A DNA stretch of 64,000 bases from an uncultured Actinomycetes bacterium (GTDB lineage: Bacteria; Actinomycetota; Thermoleophilia; UBA2241): the NCBI GenBank assembly GCA_963755025.1, contig CAVWIH010000026.1:40775-104774 (forward strand), read 5' to 3'. The notes below the pieces were generated by a model that saw nothing but the letters and a program-made list of their open reading frames with translations, did not search any database and was not told the origin of the DNA. Made by a program: the position numbers and the translations under genes. Positions 9,139-24,953 of this stretch are shown here, in pieces. Each line of letters begins with the position of its first letter. Position 1 is the first letter of the stretch.

Positions 9139-9387
9139 CTTTTGAGGCTGGCGGCGTGAGCGCAGAAACTGCCTGCAAAACGCGGGAATCAGCGAAACGC
9201 GATACTAACGTGGCAACACGTACGCCGTTGGGGAGGGGTCGCGTGGGGTGGCCGGCGGCGCCGCGAGCAGCGCGCCGTGGCGTGTCCCCCAACGAGCCGC
9301 CGACGAGCGCATCCGAGCCTGCGGCGGTATGATGCCCGACACGGATGGCGCGCCCGGCGCCCCACGATCTCAGTGAAAGGCGGCCCG

Positions 9388-9786
9388 ATGAAACCCGAGA
9401 ACCTCGGCGAGTACCGCGGCCACCGCGTGACGCTGGACTGGCGCGAGGGCGGCATCGAAGAGCTGCGCATCGCCTGGACCGACTGGCTGCTCTCCATCGA
9501 CGAGCAGACCTTTTACCTGGGACAGGACACGCGCTTCGTCGAAGACGTCCTCGACTGCGACTTCGCCGACTTCGTGGCGGCGGCCCACAGGCGCGCCGAC
9601 CTGATCGTGCCGGTGGGCTCGCCGGCCGGCACCGACTACGACCACGAGCTGCTCAAGGCGACCCTGGCCGCCGGCGTGCTCGACGCGCTCGAGGCGCTCT
9701 ACCGCGAGCGCGGCGAGGAGTTCCTCGAGGTCGTGGGCGAGCTCGACCCCTGGGCGCTCACGGCGAACGCCAACTACGACTCGTAG
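9388..9786 (+). CDS. Hypothetical acidic protein
   Basis: RBS GAAAGG, ATG 9388 (MKPENLGEYRGH...), typical codon usage. Confidence 0.7.
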   Translation: MKPENLGEYRGHRVTLDWREGGIEELRIAWTDWLLSIDEQTFYLGQDTRFVEDVLDCDFADFVAAAHRRADLIVPVGSPAGTDYDHELLKATLAAGVLDALEALYRERGEEFLEVVGELDPWALTANANYDS

Positions 9787-9948
9787 GGGCGCCCATAGGG
9801 CCCACGGGCCGCAGGAGCGGCAAGCCTCAGCTTTCGCTAGAGGGTTAGCTCTGCGGTCTCGGGCTGTGCCGGCCGGCTCACGGTCTCGATTCGCGGCAAG
9901 CTCAGACACAGAGGTCGTGCCGAGCCCCGGCGGGGCCCCGATCGCCTG

Positions 9949-10299
9949 CTACTTCAGCCCGAGCGACACCTTGAGCGCCTGATCGACCGCCGCCATCGTG
10001 GGGCCGGACAGCGTTGCGAGCCTGTCTTCGAGCCAGGCGCTGGGCACTGTGCTGATGGTCTCGCAGTGGACGACGGCGGCCTGGCCGGGCTCGGCGGCCG
10101 CCAGCCTGACGAGGAAGGGGTAGTCGGGCCGCGGAGCGGTGGAGACGAGCGCCACGATGGTGCTCGGCGACGAACGGTTGCCGACGTCGTTCTGCACGAT
10201 GAGCGCCGGACGGCGCCCCACGGGCGCCGGGAATGTGACCCAATAGACGTCGCCGCGCGCGGGCGCTGCCCGAGGCGCGGCCGGGGCGGCCGGAGTCAC
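9949..10299 (-). CDS. mazF: PemK/MazF-family toxin (endoribonuclease)
   Basis: RGDVYWV...RRPALIVQNDVGN...TIVALVS motifs. Confidence 0.9.
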   Translation of the reverse strand: MTPAAPAAPRAAPARGDVYWVTFPAPVGRRPALIVQNDVGNRSSPSTIVALVSTAPRPDYPFLVRLAAAEPGQAAVVHCETISTVPSAWLEDRLATLSGPTMAAVDQALKVSLGLK

Positions 10300-10381
10300 T
10301 CGAGGCCCACTCGCACGGGCGCGCCGTACGGGCGCGTGTCTGGTACGACGGGCGGGGCTTTGACCGGCGGAGCGGCCGGCA

Positions 10382-10624
10382 TCATTCGGGGAACGCTCGG
10401 ACGGCGACGTTCGCGAGCGCCGCGACGACGTCGAGCTGGCTGGCTCCGACGTCGGCGTAGCCCTGCGCCAGGCGTTCGGCCAGCAGATGGTCGCGCAACA
10501 GATCGAGAGCTTCGATCACGATCTGCGTTTTGCTTTCGTGGCGATCGGCGGCGAGCTGCGTGAGGAAGGCGTTGGCGGTGTCGGGCAGACGCACCTGCAC
10601 CGGCGTGGTAGCGACACGAGACAT
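10382..10624 (-). CDS. Ribbon-helix-helix antitoxin (MazE/NdoAI-like)
   Basis: VQVRLPD...ESKTQIVIEAL...LAQGYAD; directly upstream of the toxin. Confidence 0.75.
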   Translation of the reverse strand: MSRVATTPVQVRLPDTANAFLTQLAADRHESKTQIVIEALDLLRDHLLAERLAQGYADVGASQLDVVAALANVAVRAFPE

Positions 10625-10676
10625 GAGCCGACTCCATTCTTCATGACCACAAGTATCAGTCGGCCGCGTGCCGCCT

Positions 10677-10730
10677 GCAAGCATTGTGCACCGCACGTCT
10701 GCATGTCTTCAACCATGCAAAGATGCTTGC
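10677..10730 (-). promoter_or_regulatory. Palindromic operator/promoter of the TA operon
   Basis: GCAAGCAT...ATGCTTGC and TGCATG...CATGCA inverted repeats overlapping TTGAAG-N18-CACAAT (minus strand). Confidence 0.5.
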
Positions 10731-10872
10731 GAGAAGCGGCGCGCGACGGGCGGGAGCGCTTGCACCAGGCCCCGTCACGACCGGCAGAACGGCCCCGACG
10801 CCCGATCGACGGCTCGGGCGAGCCCTTCTGTTAGATTCTGATAGAATCCGACACTCCCGATTTGGAGCGGTC

Positions 10873-11888
<1,016 letters not shown>

Positions 11889-11892
<4 letters not shown>

Positions 11893-14201
11893 GCGCCGCC
11901 GGCTGGCTGTTCGAGATCGGCGTCGAAGAGCTGCCCTACAAGACCTGTCAGTCGGTCCTTGCGCAGCTGCAGGGCAAGGCCACGGCCGAGTCGCCGGGCA
12001 TGGTCTACGAGGCGCTCGCCGCCGCGCGCCTGCTGGGCGACGGCGGCGCGGCGGCCGACCGCGCCACCGACCCCGCCGGCTTCGCCGAGGCGCGCCTGAA
12101 GGTGATGATCGCGCCGCGGCGCATCGCCGTGTGGGTCAAGAACGTGCCGCGCGAGCAGACCGCCCAGACGCTGCGCCACCGCGGCCCACTCGCCAAGGTC
12201 GCCTTTGGCCCCGACGGCGCGCCGACCAAGGCCGGCGAGGGCTTTGCCCGCGGCAAGGGCATCAAGCCCGGGCAGCTCGTGCGCGAGACGGTCGACGGCA
12301 ACGAGTTCGTGGTCGCCGTGGTCGAAGCCGAGCGCCTGCCCGCCGAGCGCGTGCTGCCCGACATCTGCCGGCGCCTCATCACCGGCCTGCAGATCCCGCG
12401 CGGCATGCGCTGGGGCGCGCGCCCGGCCGGCGCCGACGACTACCTGCGCTTCTCGCGTCCCATCCGCTGGCTGGTCTGCATCTTCGCCGGCCAGCCCGTG
12501 CCCTTCGACTTTTACGACCTGCGCGCCGGCGCGGTCACGCAGGGCCACCGCGTGCTCGGCCGGCCGCTGATCGTCGACCACGCCAGCCACTACGAGCGCC
12601 ACCTGCGCGAGCAGCACGTGATCGCCGACCATAACGAGCGCCGCCGCCTTATCGTCGAGGGCCTGCACGCGGCCGCCGGCCGGCTCGGCGGGCGCTGGTC
12701 CGACCCGGCCGGCGTGCTCGAAGAGAACATCTACCTGGCCGAGTGGCCCAGCGTGCACTCCGGCGCCTTCGACGAGCGCCACCTGCGCCTGCCGAGCGAG
12801 GTCCTGATCACCGCCATGCAGGCCCACCAGCGCTACTGCCCGGTCGAAGACGCGCCGGCGAGCTGCGCCCCGCCTTTCTCTACGTCTCCAACGCCGACCC
12901 GGCTGCCGCCGCGCTCATCACGCACGGCAACGAGCGCGTGCTCGAGGGCCGCCTGGCCGACGCCGAGTTCAGCTACGACCGCGACCTGGCCGAAGGGCTC
13001 GAGGCCATGGCCGGCCGCCTGGGCGAGGTCGTCTTTCACGCCAAGCTGGGCTCGCTCGCCGACAAGTCGGCGCGCATGGTGGCCCTCACGCAGTGGCTGG
13101 CCGGCGTGGTCACCGCGCGCGACGGCGGCCGGCCGCGCGCTCGCCGCAGCCGCCGACACCGCCGCCGCGGTCGCCGCGGCCGCCGACCAGGGCCTCACCG
13201 TGCGCGTCACCGACGAGCTCGCCGCCGCCGTGATCGCCGCCAAGTTCGCCAAGGCCGACCTGGTCAGCCAGGTCGTCATCGAGTTTCCCAGCCTGCAGGG
13301 CCGCGTGGGCGGCCACTACGCCGACAAGGCCGGCGCCGCGCCGGCCGTCGCTCAGGCGATCGCCGACCACTACCAGCCGCTCTCGGCCGTGGCGCCGCTG
13401 CCCGGCAGCCTGGCCGGCAGCCTGGTGGCCGTCGCCGACAAGATCGACAACATCGCGGGCGCCTGGCTGGCCGGCAACAAGCCGTCGGGCTCGCGCGACC
13501 CCTACGGCCTGCGGCGCGCCGCCATGGGCATCGTGCGCATCGCCTTAGAGCACGACCTGCGGGTCTCGCCGCGCACCCTTGCCGCGGCGGCCGTGCGCGT
13601 CTACGCGCAGCCCGCCGACGCGACCAAGGCGGTGCTGCCCTCGAAGGCGTCGGGCCCCGACCCCGAGGGCGCCATCGCGGCCTTCATCTGGGAGCGCCTC
13701 GAAGCGTTGCTGCTCGACGAAGGCCTGCCCTTCGCGCTGGTCGAAGCGGCGCTGGGCGCCGCCGCCCAGGGCGCCGACCTGTCGCGCGTGGCCGCGCTCG
13801 CGCGCACCTTCGCGCGCGTCGAACACGAAGCGTTCTTCAACGACCTCGTGGTGGCCTTCTCGCGCCCGGCGGCCCTGGCCGCCAAAGCCGAGGCCGAGCC
13901 CGGCGGCGTGGCCGCCGCGCCCGACCCTGCGCTGTTCGCAGACGAGGCCGAGCACGCCCTGGCCGCCGCGCTCACCGAGGTGCGCGGCCCCATCGGCACG
14001 GCGCTGGCCGGCGGCGACATCGAGGCGGCGCTCTGCGCCGCCGCCGCCCTGCGCGCCCCGGTCGACCGCTACTTCGAGGCCGTCCTGGTCATGGACAACG
14101 ACCCCGCCGTGCGCGCGAATCGACTCGCGCAGCTGCGGCAGGTAACCTTCCTGCTCGGCGGCCTCGGCGATCTCGCCCGGCTGCCCGTTCAGCAAAGTTG
14201 A
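11889..14201 (+). CDS. glyS: Glycine--tRNA ligase beta subunit (compensating frameshifts ~12850-13135)
   Basis: [26 protein letters not shown]..Vx[16 protein letters not shown]; [13 protein letters not shown] lies in the alternate frame. Confidence 0.93.
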
Positions 14202-14400
14202 CGAGCGTTCCGTCACAGTCGACGAACGCCCGCGTATGAGAAGGCGAGCGCCTCGTCCCATCCGGCGCGCGCTCGCGTTGCACAAACACGAAAGGTGAAC
14301 ACTGCTTCCCAGGCGCAAGGCAAGCCGCGCCTGGGCCGATGAATGCCGACGGGGAGAACGAGACAGCCCCGGGACCGTGGTGCTCCAGGAGGAAGAATCG

Positions 14401-17118
<2,718 letters not shown>

Positions 17119-17140
17119 GCCCAGAGAAGGGGACGGCGCG

Positions 17141-17806
17141 GTGGCCGGCACGAACGTGCTTTCCACGGCCGACGGCCGGACGCTGCTCGTGCGTCCGGGC
17201 GTGCGTACCGACGCGCGCGCCGTCCGCGACCTGATCGACGCGGTCGCGGCCGAGCCCGAGGTGCCGTTGCTCGCCACCCCGGGCAGCATCGCCCTGCACG
17301 ACATACGGGGCCTCATAGTGAAGAGCGCGCACGACTCGCGCAGTCTCTTCCTGGTAGCCGAGGTTGCCGGCGTTCTCGCCGGCAACCTCGGCGGTTCCGG
17401 GGTCGGTTTTGCGCCTTCGGCCCACGTCTTCGAGTTCGGCATGTCGGTGGGCGCCGACTACCGCGGCGTGGGGGTGGGCGGCGCCCTGCTCGAAGCGGCC
17501 GTCGCCTGGGCGACCGAGCAGCGCTACCTCAAGGTCGTGCTTTCGGCCTTTCCCCACAACACGCGGGCCATCGCCTTTTACGAACGTCACCGGTTCACGT
17601 TCGAGGGCCGCCGCGCCCGCCAGTTCCACCGCGGCGACCGCTACATCGACGAAGTCCTCATGGCGCGCCCGATCGGGGCGTGGGCGGCCGAGAGCGGCGG
17701 GGCCGGGGTCGGCGGAGGGCCCGCGGCCGAGCCCGGTGGCGAGCCCGCGGCCGAGACCGGCGGGCAGCTCTCCGAGCCCGGCGGCGAGCCTGCGGCCGGG
17801 GCTTGA
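17141..17806 (+). CDS. GNAT-family N-acetyltransferase
   Basis: GMSVGADYRGVGVGGALL and NTRAIAFYERH motifs. Confidence 0.85.
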   Translation: MAGTNVLSTADGRTLLVRPGVRTDARAVRDLIDAVAAEPEVPLLATPGSIALHDIRGLIVKSAHDSRSLFLVAEVAGVLAGNLGGSGVGFAPSAHVFEFGMSVGADYRGVGVGGALLEAAVAWATEQRYLKVVLSAFPHNTRAIAFYERHRFTFEGRRARQFHRGDRYIDEVLMARPIGAWAAESGGAGVGGGPAAEPGGEPAAETGGQLSEPGGEPAAGA

Positions 17807-17808
17807 CC

Positions 17809-18360
17809 GTGAAACGCTACGGACGAGTCCTGGTGCCCATCGGCTGGCTCATCCTCATGCCGCTGCCGGCTCTCGCCTTCTACTGGCTGGGGCTGATCAA
17901 GATCAGCCGGGCCCACGGCACGCTCATCTCGCACGGTGCCCTGCACGACACCACCGCGCCGGGGGTATGGGCGGGGCTTGCCGTCGTGTATCTTGTGTGG
18001 ATCGTGGCCCTCACGGTGGCCAGCATCTGGACGCTCGACCACCTCGGTTACCACTATCAGGCGTACGACCGGCCCAAGCGCCCCACGCGTCGCCAGCGGC
18101 GCCGCCAGCGAGCCGGCCTGCGCTACCAGGCGGCGCGCCAGCAGGCCAACCGCGACGCGCTCGCCGAGATCGCGCGCGAGTCGCGCAAGGCGGCTCGCCA
18201 GGTCGACGACGAGGGAGCCGGGCAGGGCGGCGGCGCGCCGAACGTGCAGGGCGGCGGCGCCGCAGGCGCCGCCGACGGTGCGAGCGACGGTCCCGGCCAC
18301 GACGCCGCCGAGAAACGCGGCCACGACGCCGCCGACGAAGGCGGCCACGAAAGGAAGTAG
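17809..18360 (+). CDS. Hypothetical two-TM membrane protein
   Basis: Two hydrophobic helices followed by a basic tail; fills the gap between the GNAT gene and dnaG. Confidence 0.6.
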   Translation: MKRYGRVLVPIGWLILMPLPALAFYWLGLIKISRAHGTLISHGALHDTTAPGVWAGLAVVYLVWIVALTVASIWTLDHLGYHYQAYDRPKRPTRRQRRRQRAGLRYQAARQQANRDALAEIARESRKAARQVDDEGAGQGGGAPNVQGGGAAGAADGASDGPGHDAAEKRGHDAADEGGHERK

Positions 18361-18362
18361 TC

Positions 18363-20204
18363 CTGGCGCGCATCGTCAAAGCCAGCATCGAACGGGTCGT
18401 GGCCACCGCCGACATGCTCGAGGTGGTCGGCCAGTACACCCAGCTAAAGAAGGCCGGCGCCAACTACATGGGGCGCTGCCCGTTCCACGACGAAAAGACG
18501 GGCTCGTTCTCGGTCAACCCGGTCGAGAAGCTCTACTACTGCTTCGGCTGCGGCGAGGGCGGCGACCTGCTCTCGTTCGTGCAGAAGAAGGAGAACCTCG
18601 ACTTCGCCCAGGCGGTCGAAGCCCTGGCCGACCGCTTCGGCGTGCAGCTCGACTACGAAGAGTCGAGCGGCCGCATCGACGCCGACCGCAAGCGCCGCGA
18701 TCGTCTCATCCGCCTGCTCGACCTTACGCGCGTCTACTACGAACGCGTGCTGTGGGAGGCGCGGGCGGCGCAAGCCGCCCGCGCCTACCTGGCCGCGCGC
18801 GGCCTGGGCGAAGAGGTCTGTCGCGAGTTCCAGCTGGGGTTCTCGATGGCGGGCTGGGCCAACCTGCGCGACTCCGCCGCCAAAAAAGGCTTCAGCGAGC
18901 GCGAGCTCATCGACGCCGGCCTTGTCGTGCCGGGCAAGAAGGGCGGCGTCTACGACCGCTTTCGCGGGCGCCTCATGTTCCCGCTCTCCGACGAGCGCGG
19001 CCGCGTGCTGGGCTTTGGCGCACGCACGCTGGGCGACGACAAGCCCAAGTACCTGAACTCGCCCGAGACCGCGCTCTACCACAAAAGCGAGGCCCTCTTT
19101 GGCCTCGACCGCGCCAAGGCGAGCGCCGCCAAGCTCGATCGCCTGTTCGTGGTCGAGGGCTACACCGACGTCATCGCCCTGGTGCAGGCCGGCGTGACCA
19201 ACGTGGTCGCCTCGATGGGCACGGCCTTCACCGAGGAGCAGCTCAAGCGCCTCACGCGCCACACGCGCAACCTCTTTCTGTGCTTCGACGCCGACGCCGC
19301 CGGCCTGGGGGCCATGAACCGTGCCCTCGAGCTCGCCCGGCGCCTCGGCGCGACCATGCACGTGGTGCGCATTCCCGACGGCTTAGACCCCGCCGACTAC
19401 GTGCTCGCCGGCAACGACGGCGAGGCGTTCGGGGCGCTTGCCGCTCGAGCGCAGACTCTGCTACAGTTCCAAACTCACACCGTGCTTGCTTCTCACGACC
19501 TTCAGACCGTGGACGGTCGTATGCGGGCATTTGCCGTCTTGCGGGGCATCCTCGCACAGGCGGCCGGCCCCCTCGAGCGTGACGAAGAGGTCCGGTACGT
19601 CGCCGACAGGCTGCAGCTGAGCGAAGACAACGTCAGGTTCTTGCTCAGCGACGAAGCGGCCTCCGCCGGCGCGCGGCGCGCGGCCCTCATGGGTGGCGCG
19701 ACGGGCGGCGGGGCGCGACCGCGTCCCGAGACCCGTCGCTCAGCCGAGGAGCGCGTCCTGATGGGCACGCACGAGCTCGAGGTGAGTTTCCTCGCCGCCT
19801 GCCTGGCGTTGCCCGACCCGGGGCGCGACTATCTCCTCGCCATCGACGAGGGCTTCTTCTCAAGCGAGCCGTCGCGAGGGGCTTACCGCACCGTCGCTGC
19901 GCGGTTAAGCCCCCAAGCTGCAGGGAAAAAGAGCCAAGGGCACGGGAAGGTGAGAGACGGGGACGCCGCCGACGACGGCACTGTGGCAGCCGTCGTGGTG
20001 AGGGCGGCGGGCGAGTCGTTTTCGCCGGTCGTCTTACAGGAGCTGTTTCTGAGGGTGCAGGAGGCCCAGGTCGGTCGCCTCATCGCGAAACTCAAGGCGA
20101 CCGTCTCGCATGACGACTCTGAGGAAGAGGCCAGGCTGATCGAGCTCGAAAGCATGCGCCGCCAGATCCGCGAGGAGCTGCGCGGCCTGCCCGTCGAGGC
20201 GTGA
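18363..20204 (+). CDS. dnaG: DNA primase (apparent CTG start)
   Basis: CPFHDEKTGSF..YYCFGC zinc finger, KYLNSPET, VVEGYTDV, FDADAAG TOPRIM motifs. Confidence 0.95.
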   Translation: MARIVKASIERVVATADMLEVVGQYTQLKKAGANYMGRCPFHDEKTGSFSVNPVEKLYYCFGCGEGGDLLSFVQKKENLDFAQAVEALADRFGVQLDYEESSGRIDADRKRRDRLIRLLDLTRVYYERVLWEARAAQAARAYLAARGLGEEVCREFQLGFSMAGWANLRDSAAKKGFSERELIDAGLVVPGKKGGVYDRFRGRLMFPLSDERGRVLGFGARTLGDDKPKYLNSPETALYHKSEALFGLDRAKASAAKLDRLFVVEGYTDVIALVQAGVTNVVASMGTAFTEEQLKRLTRHTRNLFLCFDADAAGLGAMNRALELARRLGATMHVVRIPDGLDPADYVLAGNDGEAFGALAARAQTLLQFQTHTVLASHDLQTVDGRMRAFAVLRGILAQAAGPLERDEEVRYVADRLQLSEDNVRFLLSDEAASAGARRAALMGGATGGGARPRPETRRSAEERVLMGTHELEVSFLAACLALPDPGRDYLLAIDEGFFSSEPSRGAYRTVAARLSPQAAGKKSQGHGKVRDGDAADDGTVAAVVVRAAGESFSPVVLQELFLRVQEAQVGRLIAKLKATVSHDDSEEEARLIELESMRRQIREELRGLPVEA

Positions 20205-20293
20205 GCGCGAGAGCTCAGGTCGCAGGCCACGACCGCACACCGCAGGCAGGATCGCCCGGCCGCACACGAGGTTAGAAGGCAGTGAGGAGAACG

Positions 20294-21412
<1,119 letters not shown>

Positions 21413-21547
21413 TGCGGCGCGCGCCGACCGATCGCCAGCCGGCTCGCGACGGGCGCACCGCTCGCCGAAGCCGACGACCGCACGCCGAGGCCAGACCGCA
21501 CCCCTAGGCCAGAACGCTCACCCAGACCTACCAAAGGACACACCCGC

Positions 21548-21955
21548 ATGAGCGACTCCGCCGTCACCGGCGCAAGCGAACCTACGCCGGGCGTCGAAGT
21601 ACCAGTACGCGGTGGCATCTCAGGCACGGTGGTCAGGGTGCGGCTCGGGGTGGTCCTCGGGTTCGTCGCCCTGATCGTGGCGTTCGCGCTGCTCGCCGTC
21701 GTGATCTCGGGCGAGCATCTGTGGTGGGGCGTGCCGCTCGCCGTCGTGGCCCTCGCCGTCTCGGGCTACGCCGCCTTTCTGGGTATCTACGGCGTGATCC
21801 GCTACGGCCTGTTCACCGAGGGCAACACGGGCAGCGAGGTCGCCGGCGAGCTGCACCTGTCAAAGATCGCCTGGACCGCCGGCATCGTCTCCGAGATCGC
21901 CCTGCTGCTCACGGTGGCCCTGTGCGTGGCGCTCATCGTGAGGGCAGTGGGCTAA
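21548..21955 (+). CDS. Hypothetical membrane protein (about 3 TM)
   Basis: RBS AAAGGA; hydrophobic segments. Confidence 0.65.
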   Translation: MSDSAVTGASEPTPGVEVPVRGGISGTVVRVRLGVVLGFVALIVAFALLAVVISGEHLWWGVPLAVVALAVSGYAAFLGIYGVIRYGLFTEGNTGSEVAGELHLSKIAWTAGIVSEIALLLTVALCVALIVRAVG

Positions 21956-22068
21956 AGGCCCCGCCCTGCGGCGCAAAGGCGCCGCCTCGCGGCTGCCCTT
22001 GGGCCGCCGCGCTTGCGAGCTGCGGCTCGGCCGCGTCGCGGCTACGGCTCGCGGCCGCGGGCGCACGT

Positions 22069-22097
22069 TTGAGCGACAGGCTGGCGTGGCCTATACT
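22069..22097 (+). promoter_or_regulatory. sigma70-type promoter of tRNA-Asn
   Basis: TTGAGC-N17-TATACT. Confidence 0.7.
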
Positions 22098-22115
22098 TCG
22101 TCGGCCGGAGCCCGT

Positions 22116-22191
<76 letters not shown>

Positions 22192-22202
22192 AATTTTGCA
22201 GG

Positions 22203-22259
22203 AGTCCCCGCAAGCGGGGAGCGTCGGCCCAAGGCCGACGCCGCTTGCGGGGACTTTTT
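22203..22259 (+). terminator. Intrinsic terminator after the tRNA
   Basis: AGTCCCCGCAAGCGG...CCGCTTGCGGGGACT followed by a T run. Confidence 0.75.
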
Positions 22260-22423
22260 GCGCTCCGGTCGTATTCCGACTCCTCAGGCGTCCCGCGCGA
22301 CGATAGGGCCGCCCGCGGGCGCCGGCTGGCGACGCGCTGAGGTCGTCGCTGCAGATCCCACCAATGAGCTTCGTCTTGCCGCCACGCGCGGACTGCCGAT
22401 GGCCGGAGGCGGCCACGTCGTTG

Positions 22424-23164
22424 CTATGGGGACGGCGGCGCTTCGAATCTCGTCGTCAGTGACGTAGCCGCCATGGCCGCGACGAGCCTGTCGTAGTCGT
22501 ACGGCACGCGCACGAATTCGGCCAACGTCTCGCCCGTTTCGAGCCTCTCAGGTTGCACGATGGCATAACACACACGCCAGTCACCGTCCTTGGGCCTCCC
22601 GCCGCTGCCCACATTGACGAAGGCCGTGCCGTCGACCTCGCGGACGTAGGGGATGTGGGTGTGGCCAAAGATGATCGCCCGATACGGGTTCGCCGCAGCC
22701 AGGCGGGCAAGGCTGGTCTGCGGGCGATCCTCGAAGAGGTACTCGTTGATACGCCGCGGGCTGCCATGCACGGCGAGCAGCTCGCCGGCGGGCGTCTCCA
22801 GCACGAAACGATCCACGAGGGTGCGCAGGTAGGCGCGCGTCTCGGGGTTCGTCGTCTGCTCGGTCCAGGCGAGCGAAGCGGCGCCCTCGGCGCGCTGCTC
22901 GTCGGTCTTATAGGCGCAGCCGCAGTCGCCGGTCTCGAAACCGATGCCCTGGTCGTAGTTGCCCATCACGGTGGGGATGGCGCGATCGCGCACCAGTTGG
23001 GCGACCTCGTTGGGAGAGGGACCGTAGCCCACGAGGTCGCCGAGGCAGAGCACGTCGGGCACACCTCGTCGATCGACATCGGCGAGGATGGCCTCGAGGC
23101 CGGGGAGGTTGCCGTGCACGTCGGAGAACACCGCGATCGGCCCGTTCATCGTCAGTCGCTTCAT
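22424..23164 (-). CDS. Calcineurin-like metallophosphoesterase
   Basis: SDVHGN, LGDLVGYG, MGNYD, GHTH motifs; extra DCGCAY motif. Confidence 0.88.
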   Translation of the reverse strand: MKRLTMNGPIAVFSDVHGNLPGLEAILADVDRRGVPDVLCLGDLVGYGPSPNEVAQLVRDRAIPTVMGNYDQGIGFETGDCGCAYKTDEQRAEGAASLAWTEQTTNPETRAYLRTLVDRFVLETPAGELLAVHGSPRRINEYLFEDRPQTSLARLAAANPYRAIIFGHTHIPYVREVDGTAFVNVGSGGRPKDGDWRVCYAIVQPERLETGETLAEFVRVPYDYDRLVAAMAATSLTTRFEAPPSP

Positions 23165-23171
23165 GGCACAC

Positions 23172-23607
23172 TCACCGCGCGGCCAGCTCGTCGAGCCATT
23201 CGCGGATACGCATCTCGATGGCGTCGCGGACCTCACGATAGACCGGCAGACGTTCGTCGTGGTCGCCCTGGACGGCGTCCGGATCGGCAAACGGCCAGTG
23301 CAGCCGCGTCCCCATCCCGGGGAACGTCTTGGGACACTCGCGGTTGGCGCGCTCGCAGACCGTGATCACATAAGCCGAAGTGGAGCTTGCCGAGGTACTC
23401 GGCGAGGTCCTTGGCGCGCGCGCCGCTAATGTCGATGCCGCGCTCGGCCATGGCCTCGATGGCGAGGGGGTCGACGGTGGTCGCCTCGAGGCCGGCGCTG
23501 AACGCCTCGAAGCGATCGGGCGCCAGCTCACGCAGGAACGCCTCGGCCATCTGACTGCGGCAACTGTTGTGGACGCACATGAACAGCACCCTGGTCTTGT
23601 TGTCCAA
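23172..23607 (-). CDS. arsC: LMW-PTP-type arsenate reductase (one frameshift ~23375)
   Basis: FMCVHNSCRSQMAE P-loop; YVITVC...CP..HWPFADP in the second frame; RBS GAGGAGG before TTG. Confidence 0.88.
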
Positions 23608-23680
23608 GACCGCCTCCTCCTCGACGAGTCGATGTCGCAGACTACCCGGCTTGTGTCAGGAAACGATGAGCTCGCCAATC

Positions 23681-23721
23681 ATAAACGCACGTTGACCATA
23701 AAGCGAAGTGTATGCGATAAT
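23681..23721 (+). promoter_or_regulatory. acr3 promoter overlapped by two ArsR-type operator-like sites
   Basis: TTGACC-N18-GATAAT overlapping ATAAA-N6-TTGAC (23681-23696) and ATAAA-N6-TGTAT (23698-23713). Confidence 0.55.
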
Positions 23722-23762
23722 CAGGGACGCCAAACCGCTTGGATCTCGGGAGAAGACACCGC

Positions 23763-24953
23763 ATGGTGACCATAGCCAAGAAGCGCCTCTCGTTCCTCGA
23801 CCGCTACCTGACGGCCTGGATCTTCCTGGCCATGGCGATCGGCGTGTTTTTGGGCTGGGCCTTTGCCGGCGTGCCCGCCTTCATCGACCGCTTCAACTCG
23901 GGCACGACCAACATCCCCATCGCCATCGGTCTGATCGTCATGATGTATCCGCCGCTTGCCCGGGTGCGCTACGAGGAGCTCGGCGACGTCTTTCGCGACT
24001 ACCGCATCCTTGGTCTCTCGCTCGTGCAGAACTGGGTGATCGGCCCGTTCCTCATGTTCTTCCTGGCGATCATCTTTCTGCACAGCTACCCGCAGTACAT
24101 GGTCGGTCTCATCATGATCGGCTTGGCGCGCTGCATCGCCATGGTCATCGTCTGGAACCAGCTCGCCGACGGCGACACCGAGTACGCCGCCGGACTGGTG
24201 GCCTTCAACGCCGTCTTCCAGGTGCTCTTCTACAGCCTCTTCGCCTGGGTCTTCGTGACTAAACTGCCGCCGCTGTTCGGCTTGCACGGCGCGGCGGTCG
24301 ACGTCTCGATCGGCCAGATCGCAAAGAGCGTCTTCATCTACCTCGGCATCCCGTTCCTGGCCGGTATGCTGACGCGCTACCTCGGGCTCAAGTACAAGGG
24401 CCGTGAGTGGTACGAGAAGACGTTCATCCCGCGCATCAGCCCGCTGACACTGATCGCCCTGCTGTTCACGATCGTCGTCATGTTCAGCCTTAAGGGGCAT
24501 CTCATCGTCAAACTGCCGCTCGACGTCGTGCGCATCGCCATCCCCCTGCTCATCTACTTCGTCGTCATGTTCTTCGTGAGCTTCTACCTGGGCCGCAAGA
24601 TCGGCGCCGACTACTCGAAGACCGCGACGTTGTCGTTCACGGCGGCCAGCAACAACTTCGAGCTGGCGATCGCCGTGAGTATCGCCGTGTTCGGCATCGG
24701 TTCGGGGGTGGCCTTCGCGGCCGTCATCGGGCCCCTCGTCGAGGTGCCGGTGATGATCGGCCTGGTCAACGTGGCACTATGGATGGGGCGCAGGTACTGG
24801 GGCCTGAGCGATCAGCCCCTGCCGGCCGCGCTCGCGGCCGCACGCGACGAGGTCGCCTGCGAGCCCCAGAAAGAACACGATCGCCCTGGCGTGCAGGCGG
24901 CCACAGATGCGCCCGCACAGCCTCGGCCTACAGCTAACCCGGAGGCAAGATGA
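23763..24953 (+). CDS. acr3: ACR3-family arsenite efflux transporter
   Basis: [44 protein letters not shown]. Confidence 0.96.
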   Translation: MVTIAKKRLSFLDRYLTAWIFLAMAIGVFLGWAFAGVPAFIDRFNSGTTNIPIAIGLIVMMYPPLARVRYEELGDVFRDYRILGLSLVQNWVIGPFLMFFLAIIFLHSYPQYMVGLIMIGLARCIAMVIVWNQLADGDTEYAAGLVAFNAVFQVLFYSLFAWVFVTKLPPLFGLHGAAVDVSIGQIAKSVFIYLGIPFLAGMLTRYLGLKYKGREWYEKTFIPRISPLTLIALLFTIVVMFSLKGHLIVKLPLDVVRIAIPLLIYFVVMFFVSFYLGRKIGADYSKTATLSFTAASNNFELAIAVSIAVFGIGSGVAFAAVIGPLVEVPVMIGLVNVALWMGRRYWGLSDQPLPAALAAARDEVACEPQKEHDRPGVQAATDAPAQPRPTANPEAR

